64,000 nt of DNA from Paraspadella gotoi (taxonomy: Eukaryota; Animalia; Chaetognatha). Positions 1 through 13,300 of the stretch are shown here, in pieces. Numbering within the stretch: the first letter of the stretch is position 1; each line of letters starts with the position of its first letter. The stretch is taken from the NCBI GenBank assembly GCA_051294375.1, contig CM119268.1, forward strand, positions 13,089,770 through 13,153,769, read 5' to 3'. The notes under the pieces are model-generated. The model saw only the letters and a program-made list of their open reading frames with translations, did not search any database and had not been told where the DNA came from. A program made the position numbers and the translations under genes.

Positions 1-430
1 AAAGAGAGAAAAAGATTAGAGGGTGGAAGAGAAGCGAACGAAACAGAAAATTAAAGTCGGGAAAACTTTCAAGGTTTTGTCTTATTTTTTTTTCTTTTTT
101 TTTTTTTTTTTCTATCTCTCTCGAAGTCTTACCTCCTTTTTTCGCACGAATCGAAGGGAGAGAGCAAGAAATAGACAGGGGAAATAAAGAATGAAAAGAG
201 GACTGCACGAAATCCATTTCGATGAATTACACAATTAGTCGAATACGTTGAAGAAAGGACATATGAAAAATTGGGTTAACTTTTTGCTATAAAATTGTAA
301 ATATATTTGGCTAAGCGATTGTTTTGAGAGAGGAGAAAGGGAAAGGCATCCTCCGAGATTTATTGTCAATCAAACATTTCGTCGTTTAAACAGGTACTTG
401 GGGGCAAACAAGGCGGCGGAAATTCATGCT
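1..430 (+). repeat. Direct duplicate of 2963-3378 (indel-rich; probable assembly redundancy)
   Basis: Same sequence with scattered single-base indels; a 25-N gap follows at 700-724. Confidence 0.8.
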
Positions 431-2203
431 GCTCCTTCTTTCTCTTCTCTCATCTCTTTCTCTTTCCCTTTTCTCTTCCTCCCTCTCATCCTCTCTCTCT
501 CTCGTTTCTCCCGACCTGTCTCTCTCTTTCATCCTCCACACCATCTCTCCTCTCTCTCTCTCTCACCACACCATATCTTTCTTCCTCCTCTCTTTCCCTC
601 CTCTGACCCTCTCCTCACGATCCTCTTCCTCCTCTCTCTCCTCTCTCTCTCTCTCTCGTCTCTCTCTCATCTCCTCCTGTTCTCATCGCCTCGTCTCTCN
701 NNNNNNNNNNNNNNNNNNNNNNNNGAGAATATGAAAATTGAATTGTCAAGGGATAGACTGGGATAATTTTAGATGAAAATAGTCGACCACTCAAAGGAAA
801 AAAAGGGCGGACCAGACTGTTTTGACTGTGACTGTGGACGGGACTGTTTTGACTTTAAGGTCACGGACGAAGTCTCTGTGTGGATGACGTGGGCGAGAGA
901 AGAAGAGAGGGTTGAGGACGGGAGAGATTGTGCGGCGGTGAGTTTAGAAGGTAGTAAAGGTCAATGGTAAGTTAATGCTGATTGTGGTCACTCATTATGC
1001 GAGTTAGGCGAGACGTGTGATGCTGTGAGGGTAAGTGATGGTAAGTACTGGAATGTGGAAGCATTGAGACTGTAAGTCATGTCATGTTAGACAATAGACG
1101 TACATATAGAAAAAAAAGTGAGTACTACTGACCAGAGGTATTAACATAATAAATTACGTTGCCTGTCTGGATCGAGATGATTGTTTTTTTGGAAAAAAAC
1201 TAATAATAAATTTGATAATAAATAAAATTTATAAAATATAATTTCATAGTAAATAAACTCATCTGAAAGACTGAAACAGATTCTTTGCCAAAACAAACAC
1301 TAAAATTTAATGACATTTGGTCGCCCATTCAACCATTTCTTCTCCAACAGCGCCGTAGATCATTAACTAAAAATTTAAAGGATAGTTAAAATTAAATTAA
1401 AAAATAATCAATTATTTTTGAGATAATCATTTAAAAATTTTTCAGATAATTATCAAAAATTATTTAAATTATTATCAATCATTTTTACAATAGTTACANN
1501 NNNNNNNNNNNNNNNNNNNNNNNNNNNNNNNNNNNNNNNNNNNNNNNNNNNNNNNNNNNNNNNNNNNNNNNNNNNNNNNNNNNNNNNNNNNNNNNNNNNN
1601 NNNNNNNNNNNNNNNNNNNNNNNNNNNNNNNNNNNNNNNNNNNNNNNNNNNNNNNNNNNNNNNNNNNNNNNNNNNNNNNNNNNNNNNNNNNNNNNNNNNN
1701 NNNNNNNNNNNNGTCCCTCATGTCCGCATTATAAATACATGGGGAATGTCTAGTATTTGCTCATGAAAAAAGAGATCCACGACTAAAAATATAGTAAATT
1801 ATCCACAACGACCCCGAATAGGGTGTCGTGCCGCAGGGTGGTGGCCGAGTCAAAGGTGTGAAATGTCAAGGCAGACGCACGGATCGTTTCACTTTTGGTT
1901 CGCGCAATTTTTCTCTCCAGTATGACGGCGCACGCAATGATAATCGTTAAAAAGGCGGATTAAGAAAAAAAAATTATGGACTTATGTAGATGTACCTCTA
2001 AAATATAACATACTGTAAGCTAAGTAAGGATATGACCGTTTTATATTATTAAAACAATAATAAATGTATTGTTGATAAAACGAGACCGACTTGATCAAAC
2101 GAGACCGTGAAGTCTTGATTAAAAGCTTCTCCCCTTCTCCCTTGATCAGTCATGATCAGTCATCATTATGTCGTTTAAAAAAAATTCTCACTCTGATTTT
2201 CAG

Positions 2204-4315
2204 GTCAATCGTACGGAGGAAAACTGGCTGCGGCCTTAGGAGCGAAACTGCACGAGGCAAAGCGAAGAGGGAAGATCGTTTGCAACTTCAAGGTTAAACA
2301 TAAGGAGATGAGGAAGAGGAAGAGGAAGGGAAAGGAGGCGACTGAAGGGTGAGGTTAATTCGAAATGGATGGTAAAGACGGAAATTTGAAGAGTCGACAA
2401 TTTATTTGAAGAGACTTACCAACAAAGTTTGTTCGAATGAATAATTTAAAAAAAAAGAAGAAAGAACAGTCGCTAGCTGCTTGTCTCTAGTTTTTTTTTT
2501 TTTTTTGGCTTTGCGGCAGTTGAGCCGGATTTGATTACGGAAGTACAATTATTTTTTAAGTCTGTCATTGAACGCCATCTTCATCGACGCCAAAGGACAT
2601 TTGCTTTCCCGTCGGCTCGCAGTTAAAAAATCGGTAGCTTAAGATGGTTAAAGAGAAAAAAATTCATGAGGGAAAAAGAAAAAAGGTTGCTTCGAACTCT
2701 TTGTAAAAGACGACGGCGACGACGATATTCATAACGACGACGACGAAAAGGAGAGGGAAAAAAAAACAAAAAAAAACGCAGAAAGTCGCTTCGCACAAAT
2801 TCAATCTGGGAAATCGATTCAATTTTTTTTTCCTCTCTCAATACCGACGACGTTAGCGCCGATTCAATCAAAACGTAAACAAAAGAAAAAAAATCAAAAC
2901 AAAACCGCATCGAGAAAAGAAATTATTCTCGTTGATTCGCGGCCGGCCGGCCGGGCTTCTTAAAAAAAGAGAGAAAAAGATAGAGGGTGGGAGAGAAGCG
3001 ACGAACATGCAAATTAAGGTCGGGAAACTTTCAAGGTTTGTCTTCATTTTTTTTTCTCTTTTTTTTTTTCTCTCTCTCGAAGCCTTACCTCCTTTTTCGC
3101 AGAATCGAAGGGAGAAGAGAAGAAAAAATAGACAGTGGGAAATAAAGAATGAAAAGAGACTGCACGAAATCCATTTCGATGAATATAACAATTAGTCGAA
3201 TACGTTTGAAGAAAGGACATGAAAATTGGTTAACTTTTGCTATAAAATTGTATATTATTTGGCTAAAGCGATTGTTTTGAGAGGGAGAAGGGAAAGGCAT
3301 CTCCGAGATTTATTGTCACATCAAACATTTCGGTCGTTTAAAGGTTACTTGGGGCAAACAAGGCGGCGGAAATTCATGGCTCTCTCTTTCTCTTTCTCTC
3401 TCTCTTTCTCTTNNNNNNNNNNNNNNNNNNNNNNNNNNNNNNNNNNNNNNNNNNNNNNNNNNNNNNNNNNNNNNNNNNNNNNNNNNNNNNNNNNNNNNNN
3501 NNNNNNNNNNNNNNNNNNNNNNNNNNNNNNNNNNNNNNNNNNNNNNNNNNNNNNNNNNNNNNNNNNNNNNNNNNNNNNNNNNNNNNNNNNNNNNNNNNNN
3601 NNNNNNNNNNNNNNNNNNNNNNNNNNNNNNNNNNNNNNNNNNNNNNNNNNNNNNNNNNNNNNNNNNNNNNNNNNNNNNNNNNNNNNNNNNNNNNNNNNNN
3701 NNNNNNNNNNNNNNNNNNNNNNNNNNNNNNNNNNNNNNNNNNNNNNNNNNNNNNNNNNNNNNNNNNNNNNGGAATCTGTGGCGGCCGGAGAGTGGGGGTT
3801 GGCCACGAGGTGGTGGGCGGAGACGCAATATCTCGTCGGGAAGGTGAGATTAAATGCACCGATTAATAATGCACAGATGCCTCGTTAGCTAATCATAAAC
3901 AAGGTTTACTTACGAATTCCTGCTGCGTTGGCAAAGCGAGATTGTTCTGGCACAACTGCGCCCGTGTCAGGCGGCGTCACTGAGAGTCCGTAGCTCCCAA
4001 CGCTAACAAAATGGATTTCCCGGCAACCCGGCTATTGCCCAATGATTTTCATTAAGTTTCGGAAAGGGAAAGAATAAAATTTTATACTATAATGAAATAT
4101 TTACTCATTTCATTCATTTGAACCGCAAGTTTTTTTTTTATGTTTTTTGTTTCATTTGCTTTAAAGTTCTCATCGTCATCGTCGTCGTCGTCGTCGTCGC
4201 CGTCACCGCCTTTTGTTCTGCGGTGTCGTTTGAGTGATTGTGATGTCATTTTTATCGCCGCCGACCCTTGACGCATTTCTCGGTGCCGCGATCTCCGTGT
4301 GAATGATTACCGCGG

Positions 4316-4350
<35 letters not shown>

Positions 4351-4515
4351 NNNNNNNNNNNNNNNNNNNNNNNNNNNNNNNNNNNNNNNNNNNNNNNNNN
4401 NNNNNNNNNNNNNNNNNNNNNNNNNNNNNNNNNNNNNNNNNNNNNNNNNNNNNNNNNNNNNNNNNNNNNNNNNNNNNNNNNNNNNNNNNNNNNNNNNNNN
4501 NNNNNNNNNNNNNNN

Positions 4516-4550
<35 letters not shown>

Positions 4551-6424
4551 TAACATTATCAATTATTTTTAACATTATCAGTTACGACGACGATTTCTCG
4601 CAGGTCGCCGACAACGTTGACTGGTACAACGTGCTGGAACGCCCTCCCTCAATCATGCAGAGCGTCTCCAAACTTAGAGAATTTCCTCATCTCTGTCGGG
4701 ACGGGCAGATCGACTGTCGACTCGTCGAGGTGCGCCGGTTTGACGTGGGAGTTGGGGGGGAAGNNNNNNNNNNAGGTCGATTCATTGGCTTCGATAGAAA
4801 TAAATTTCAATAAGTAGCCAATGACGCAGTTAAACCCGTTTTTTTTTCCTGCGATGACCGATCTGCCTTGATTAATGAACGTCGCATTCAAACGACCTAT
4901 TTGCTCGTCAAAGTGGGATACGAACGTCAACGTGCGTGACGCATCGTCAAAGGTTGACGAAACGTTGACGTACCGTCAAAGCTTCGAACGCGTCATGAAT
5001 CTGAATGACACCTCNNNNNNNNNNNNNNNNNNNNNNNNNNNNNNNNNNNNNNNNNNNNNNNNNNNNNNNNNNNNNNNNNNNNNNNNNNNNNNNNNNNNNN
5101 NNNNNNNNNNNNNNNNNNNNNNNNNNNNNNNNNNNNNNNNNNNNNNNNNNNNNNNNNNNNNNNNNNNNNNNNNNNNNNNNNNNNNNNNNNNNNNNNNNNN
5201 NNNNNNNNNNNNNNNNNNNNNNNNNNNNNNNNNNNNNNNNNNNNNNNNNNNNNNNNNNNNNNNNNNNNNNNNNNNNNNNNNNNNNNNNNNNNNNNNNNNN
5301 NNNNNNNNNNNNNNNNNNNNNNTTTTGTTTCTGGTAACAAAAGAAAGGAATTTGTTTTATTTTCATAATTCACGCCGCGCTTTTGTTCAGTTGATGCAAG
5401 GCCCCGTTAGGCGCGCTCTNNNNNNNNNNGGAATTTGTTTTATTTCCATAATTCACGCCGCGCTTTTGTTCAGTTGATGCAAGGCGCCGTTAGGCGCGCT
5501 CTCGGCATTCCAGCTTTTATCGAGTGGGGTCGGCAGAGGGACTTAGTGTTCGTTTCTTCGAAAGAGGTAAAGTGTTTAGTTGACACTACTAATACTATCA
5601 ATATTGAAATAATTTCTATTTCTCAAAATTTAATTAAAAAAAACCAAAAAAACTAGTATGTTTTTTGATTAGTGCGCGCCTGAATATATAATAAAAAAAG
5701 TATAAAAATTAAATTATAACAAGTTTTCGAACAAAAACCAAGAGATAAAAAAAAATGCCCAAGCAGCCGAGGAAACGAGAGATTTACGTTTTTCAAAATT
5801 CCTCTTCGCATCAAGAATTTCATGAAGCCGGTGATGGAAAAAGTCGAACTCCTATTGGCTAACGACTATGACGTCACCGTCTACAACGGCCAATTAGATC
5901 TCATCGTTTCCACGCCCAGCGTCGTGGCCTGGTTAAATCGCCTCCGATGGAAAGGTGCGAGAGAAGAGAGAGAGAGGGATAGAGAGATGGGCAAAAAGAT
6001 AAAAAAAAAGTGAGTGAGAGAGAGAAAGAGAGAGAGAGAGATAGAGAAAGAGAGAGATGAGAGAGAGAAAGAGAGAGAGAGATGTTATCTAACCCTGCCT
6101 CTTCCTCTTTATTCTCTTTAATCAGGACTGCCCCAATTCCTTACCTCCCCCCGGATCCCTTTTTACTCTCCCTGGATCCACCCTTCAACTTCCGGATTCT
6201 ACCGACGCCACGAAAACCTGCGCTTCTTCTCTCTCCTCCGCGCGGGTCACATGACAGCACACGACGCCCCGCTGGCAACGCGCCTCATGCTCAAGCTCGC
6301 CCTCGACGAAGGCGCCTGCAGGAGGACGGTCGACGCCGAGGAGTTCCTTAACGACGGAAGTCTGCAACTCGTCGTCAAGGGGGAAAATTGCGGGGGTTTG
6401 GGGGAGATGATAGAAGGGAGTTGA
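2204..6424 (+). CDS. SCPEP1: Serine carboxypeptidase S10 family, SCPEP1/RISC-like (5' part missing; spliced)
   Basis: Exons with AG/GT ends: 2204-2292 (xQSYGGKLAAALGAKLHEAKRRGKIVCNFK, nucleophile elbow), <3772-3843 (ESVAAGEWGLATRWWAETQYLVGK), 4604-4729 (VADNVDWYNVL...), 5474-5566 (LMQGAVRRALGIPAFIEWGRQRDLVF), 5816-5954 (NFMKPV...VTVYNGQLDLIV, catalytic Asp), 6126-6424 (...NLRFFSLLRAGHM, catalytic His; TGA 6422-6424). Order and motifs match SCPEP1 (ESYGGK...CNF...LMNGP...FMKPV...VYNGQLDLIV...AGHM). Confidence 0.92.
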
Positions 6425-7398
6425 GGGTAAAAAGAAACCGGGGAAAATAACCTGTGTTTTATTTATTACCTAATAGCCGAACGTTTTTTTAATACCACCT
6501 AATTTTATGATATTCACTTATGATTTACTCGGAGAATTTAATTTAATCTTAAAGCTTGTTTATTTTTAGCTTCTGCAGAATCAATGGCAAAAAACTTAAT
6601 TTTTTTGATTAAGAAATTAATTGGAAAACTATTAATTGAAACCATTAATTGAAAAACACACAATTTAAAAGTAAATTTCTAAAAGTTTTATAAATAATGA
6701 TATGATTATGAATTTTCTAATTTGAATATTCAAAGTAATATAAAGTCATATTTAGTGTCATTCGCTTTTGGAAACGGTGTAGTAAAGAGAAGACCTAAGT
6801 TTTTTTGGGGTTTCACAAGCTCTTTCTTCATGCCTATTGCCTTATGATGCCGTTTTTTGTTTTCCATATTTCGATTAAAAAAAACAACATTTTCCCTTTT
6901 TTTTCTTAAAATTCCTTACATCGTTCTCACCATCGTCCACGGGTTTATTATATCGCTTTCCCGCAGTAGGAGATTATTAAAAGATTAAATTGTCAACATA
7001 AAAATGATTAAATTCCGGCCGAAGCTAAGGAAAAAAAAAAAATTTACTGAGACGAATGAGATACGGAAATAGAGACGATTTATTCCAGGGAACAGATTCA
7101 CATCCGGGCGAGATGGGAATCTTAATGGAATTTAAACATGAGCGATAAAAGTGAATGAATTGAGATATTCCCCTTTAAAAAATATACATTTCTGGAATTG
7201 TTTTCATCAGCAGTGTACGATTTTTCCGATGGAAAACATAATTTCATAATAAAGTTAATTGTTCTTTAAATTTTTTACCTTATTATTCTCACAGTGACTC
7301 ACGTTTGTAACAAAGCATAACATAAGGTTACAAAAGACCGATAAATTACGTTGCAGAAACAAAGGGCCTCTCACAACCATTCCATTAACCGTCGATCT

Positions 7399-7468
<70 letters not shown>

Positions 7469-7831
7469 TTCTCTCTCTCTCTCGTTGTTTCTTCGCTCAC
7501 GCGATGAACTTACGGCTGACGTCGTTCCATCACGCCTCCCAGTTCACGTCACGTGATCGGTTAGCGTTGATCACCGTGATTCGGCCTAACGACGTTCTCG
7601 CAGCGTGAAGCGAAACGCTGGCGAGTTCCGGCGCCGCCGCTCTCTTGTTTCCGGGCGCCGGGGAACACCGGAGGGCCACCGAGGACAAGGGCGGACGAGT
7701 TTATAATCAGGTTGGTTAATCAGGCGTTTAAGTGAAACCGGGAGAGAGCGCGAGACGAACACAAGCCGGAGGAGAGAGAGAGAAAGACGGCACCTGGTGG
7801 CCCTTTTGTGTTCAGAGAGAGAGAGAGAAAG

Positions 7832-7871
<40 letters not shown>

Positions 7872-8679
7872 AGAGAAGAGAGAGAGGAGAAGAGAGAGAG
7901 AGAGAAGAGGAGGAATAACTCGACTGCGCTACACGGCATCATGTTTTAACATTTTACAGTAGTGTATTGCTATAGACTTATTTATTTTTATTTTCGCACC
8001 AAATAATCTTGCGTCGTCCCGGAAATTCGTCTTTTGTTCGGTTCGAACATTCGAGTCTGAGATAAACAAAAGAAATTTCAAAGATGCGTCGCCGATTATC
8101 CGCGCCCTTGCATATCAATAGACTTTTTGAATCGGTTGGCCTCTCGCTCTCTGTCGACCAAGTTTTCAGAAGAAAGAAGATATACTTTGTTTTGAGATTT
8201 GAAAAGTGATAGAGCGGATTAAGAGGCTGCCGAAAAAAGTCACTTTGAAAGACGAAGTGTTCGAGAAGATTGGCCGGACAACATGCCCTCTATGACGTGA
8301 AAGGGGAGATTGTATCTTTGTTTGTTCCAGCCCGCTTTTTAAGCATCATTATCTTGGGTTTGTGAGATGGTGCTCAGTCGCTGCCCATTGAGCCTCATGC
8401 TTATTGCTGACTGCACATCAAAAAGAAAACTTGAAAATATCTAAAAAATTGACAAGAGAGCATCGCGTGATTGTTTCTTCGTTCGTTCGGGGAAGAGTAT
8501 AAGTAAACATAGCAAACCTTCCTCCAAACTCACAAGACAGCGCCACCTGAGCGAAATACGCACCTTTCTCACGGATTGTAATCGAGTGAATGGTAAAAGC
8601 AAAAATTCTATAATGGTATATAAATCAAAGACGGGCTAAACTTTCGATTTTCATTCCTGCGAACTAAAATAAAGGAAAG

Positions 8680-9435
8680 ATGTCTCCGTTGGTTCTGCGC
8701 GCCTTTGGCGTTCCTTTGCTTGGTTCGTACATGACCTTTGTTTGTTCCTTTTGGAACTCTGCCTTTTGTTTTTAAATCGTTTTCTCTTATTTGTTCCACC
8801 AGAGAGAAAGAAAAAGGAGTTTTTTTGCTTGTTTTTTTTTTGCCAAAGTGCACGAGAGAAAGATTTCATCTCTCGATGAAAGAAAAACTGTTTTTTAAAA
8901 AAATAAAATATGAACTAGAATAGGGTTTTGTGTAATTTGTTGTACAAAAACAAAACAACACAAATATACTTATCGCTTATCCCACCGGTAAAAATTAAAA
9001 TAATCTCAGAAAAACATTATAAGCAAGCCCGTTTTCCAGCGTAATTTTCTCGCCAGTTAAGGGGTCTGTGTCCATCCAGGTGGCAAAAAATGAAAATTCT
9101 CTATTTGANNNNNNNNNNNNNNNNNNNNNNNNNCGTCGTTCATCACGCCTCCAGTTCACGTCACGTGATCGGTTAGCGTTGATCACGTGATTCGGCCTAA
9201 CGCGTTCGCGAGCGTGAGCGAAACGCTGGCGAGATCCGGCGCCGCCGCTTCTTGTTTCCGGGCGCCGGGGAACACCGGAGGGCCACCGAGGACAAGGGCG
9301 GACGAGTTATAAATCAGGTTGGTTAATCAGGCGTTTAAGTGAAACCGGGAGAGAGCGCGAGACGAAACAAGCCGGGAGAGAGAGAGAGAGAGACGGCACC
9401 TGGGTGGCCCTTTTGTTTCAGAGAGAGAGAGAGAA

Positions 9436-9515
<80 letters not shown>

Positions 9516-12500
9516 GATAACTCGACGCGCATACACGGCATCATTGTTTACATTTTAACATAGTAGTATTGCTATAACTTTATTTATTTTTATTTTCCAC
9601 CAAAATAATCTTCTCGTCGGAACAATTCGTCTTTTGTTCGTTCGAATTCGAGTCTGAGATAAACAAGAATTTCAAGATGCGTCGCCGATTATCGAGCGCC
9701 CTTTGCATATCAAAGACTTTTTGCATCGGTTGGCCTCTCGCTCTTTGTCGGACCAAGTTTAGAAAAAAGAAGATATCGTTTGTTTGAGATTTGAAGTGAT
9801 AGAGCGGATTAAGAGGCTGCCGAAAAAAGTCACTTTGAAGAGAAGGTTCGAGAAGATTGCCGGGACACACTGCCCTCTTTCTGTATTGAGAGGGGATGAT
9901 TGTATCTCTTGTTTGTTCCAGCCCGCTTTTTACATTCAGTATCTTGGTTTGTGACAGATGGTGTCTCGTCGCTGCCATTGCCTCATGCTTATTGCTGACT
10001 GCACATCAAAAAGAAAACCTGAAAATATCTAAAAAAATTGACAAGACGACGCATCATATTGTTTTTTCGTTCGTCGGGGAACGAGTAGTAAGTAAACAAG
10101 CAAACTTCCTCCAAACTCACAAGAGCGCCACCTGAGCGAAATACGCACCTTTCTCACGGATTGTAATCGAGTGAATGGGAAAGCAAAATTCTATATGGTA
10201 TATAAATCAAAGACGGGCTAAACTTTCGATTTTCATTTCCTGCGAAACTAAAAAAAGGAAAGATGTCTCCGTTGGTTCTGGCCTTTGCGTTCCTTTTCTT
10301 GGTTCGTACATGACCTTTGTTTGGTTTCCTTTGGAACTCTGCCTTTTTGTTTTTATCGTTTTCTCTTATTTGTTCCACCAGNNNNNNNNNNNNNNNNNNN
10401 NNNNNNNNNNNNNNNNNNNNNNNNNNAAAAAATCCCCAGAAATTGGCGGAAGGGGCCTACGATCCTCGCACGGGTCTGTGGGCGGCGCCTCCGAAACCGG
10501 ACGACGTCTTCTTCCCCGTCGACGACGAACTTGATGACGACGATATCGAAGGCTTCGCCTCGCCCATAGGATTCAAAGAAATCCCTCCTCCGATGCGCCA
10601 GGTCGCCATTTTTTTGTTTGTTTGTTTACCCTTTTAAAGTATTTGTTTCTTTACTGTTCCGCCTTTTTTTTAGTTTTCTTTTTTTCCTGATAATTTAGTT
10701 TGTTTATTTCTGTTTTTGGTGGGGTTTTTTTTTGGGACTTTTTGTCGTTTATTTTTTCTGACTTCTTGTTTCTATAAAGCTTTTATTTGCTTATTTTTTT
10801 TTTCGATTTCAATTTGTTTATTTTTTATAATTTCTTTGTTTATTCATTTTTTCGTCTTTTTAGCCAAATCGTATATTTGTTTTTCTCCTCTTCTTCCTCG
10901 CGATCCCTCCGCTAATTTGTTTCCCGCCGCTGCACTAATGATTCTCGCGATCCGTTTTCCCTTGATTACTTTCTCTCTCTCTCTCTCTCTCTCTCTAGAG
11001 AAGAGGAGAATGATATGTGTAGAGTCTTTTATTTAGCATCCCATCTATTTAGTAAATTCTGATCTTATTGATATACAATCTCTCTCTTCAATTACGTTCT
11101 TCGCACGCGACATATCAATTCATTTCTAAGATTTACAAGTTCCGCCATATCCTGTTCGAGCGCGCCAAGAAAAAAGCATTTAAGAAACCTTTCGAGACCT
11201 GGACGTATGCCCTAGGGTTACGGTCGTAGATGCCCACATTCTCATCTCATCTCTCTTTCTTTCTCAATCTCACTACCTTGTGACCATTTGTATCTTCGAT
11301 AGTATTCTTATCTGTTCAGAAGACAGACACAGCGCGAGCAACTTTTCTCCAACTCACTCGCAAGCTTGTCTAAAGCTTCTCTCTCGACTCTTTCATATAT
11401 ATCCCCAATTCTTCCGCCTCTCTCTCGCTTCTTCGTCAGGGTCGATCAGAAGTGAAACTTTGAGGATGGAGGGAGGAAAGAAGGAGAGAGAGGAAAGAAG
11501 AGAAGAAGAGGAAAAAAAGGATTCCATCTCCGCCATTTCACATACGTGCTGTCGCGCGCCGGTTCGAATCAGGCTGTCGATAACGAACGTGCGATTAGCA
11601 GGAAAATCGAAAGTGGAGAAGGAGTAATTAATGAAGGCGCTAGCACTCACGCCGGCGTCGCGGGGGGGGTTTCGGAGAGAGAAAGAAAAAGAGAGAGAAG
11701 AGGAGGAGAGAGAGTAGGAGAGCAGAGAGAGAGAGAGAGTTAGAGAGAGAGAGTTCACGTAGAATGAGGAGAGAGACAGAGATTTGAGAGAGAGCGCNNN
11801 NNNNNNNNNNNNNNNNNNNNNNCTCAAAACGCTGCGTACCAAACAATACAAATTAGCTTTTCGACGAACAATATATTTTAAAAATTTACAGTTCGCCCAT
11901 ACTTTTTCCCGCCCCAGAAAAAAGCATTTTAAGAACCTTCGACGGCGTTCCAAGGGGTTCGGTCGTTAGATGCCACCTCCCTCGGTGACCCATATTGTAC
12001 TTGAAACGTCGTCGCGCCGAAAGCAGCCGAACTCGCGAGCTAGCTCTCGTCTTTCCATTCCTGGGGGGAAGAAGGAATTTGAGGATGGAGCGGAGGAAAG
12101 AAGGAGGAGAGGGAAAGATGAGAGAGAGAGGAGGAAAAGGCATTCATTTCCCCCATTTATCTCTCTCTAAATTGCGAATAGCAAAGCAAAACTACAAAAT
12201 GTGAAATTTAGTAATATTTATAAGATAAATGGATGAATAATCTTAAAATTATTAAATGTCTTAGATGTTAAGTTTTTACTCACCTGTTTATCCATTGGAT
12301 CGCAGAGAGAGAGAGAGAGAGAGCGAATGAAAAGAAGAAAAAAAAAAGAAAATGAAGAATCGAAATAAGTATCAAGAAATAACAAATAGGAAACCACATA
12401 ACACGCAATAAATTATGATGAATTAATGATTCCCGAACCCATTATACCCCCGCTCCTTACGGCGCCAGTCGCCGCCACCTCGCAGACTTCCTCACTCGGT

Positions 12501-13216
12501 CACCAAAAAGGAGCGCAGATCGTCGCCACCATGTTGACAAATCTCCATGACGACGTTTGGAAAAATATGGTATATGGTATAAAGCATACGAAAGAAAAAA
12601 TATAGGAAAAAGTCAATAAAGTGATAACTTGAAAACAATAAGAAAGAAATTAACTAGGAACATCGATTAAAATGAAAATAAATAGATGGTAGTGGTGAAC
12701 AAATATAAGCGACTGAAAAACAAACGACATGTGAATCGAAAATTCACAGATTTTTTGGCGGAAAAACCAAAAAACTAGTGACAAGAAACTTGAAACGTAA
12801 TCGACGGCAGCGAGAGCTGATGATGAGATTTGCCAAAGCGGCCACATCTGTGACACAAATTCCGACCTCAACCGAAACTCGTAACAATAACAACAAAAAA
12901 TGGACGACGTCCTTTGCCTCAACTCAGGTCGCACGTCGTGTTCGCGTGGGAATTTTCAGTCGACACGAGGCGCTCAGCGTTTATCCCGAATATCGAGACT
13001 TGGCCGATTCTCCCCAGTGCAGGTTATGGTCTCTTTTGAATTTTGGATTTGCGTGATTATTGTTGTCATTAATTTTCTATTCATTCATTCATTCATTCAT
13101 TCATTCATTCATTCATTCATTCATTCATTTATTCATTCATTCATTCATTTATTCATTAATTTATTCATTCACTCATTCATTTTCCTTTTTTACTGTAGAT
13201 GCTGAGAAGAATCATT

Positions 13217-13300
<84 letters not shown>

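Noticed and set aside
1806-1895. Hairpin followed by GGTGGCCGAGT (tRNA A-box-like)
   Set aside because: No B-box or cloverleaf; insufficient for a tRNA or SINE call.
4617-4700. GTTCWNALPQSCRASPNLENF resembles a LINE RT C-terminal WN.LP motif
   Set aside because: It is an alternate frame of the SCPEP1 exon 4604-4729 (NVDWYNVL), which has correct splice sites and phase.
5345-5502. Tandem alternative exon starts (LMQGPV versus LMQGAV)
   Set aside because: About 75-bp overlap duplicated across a 10-N gap; contig-end redundancy or allelic difference.
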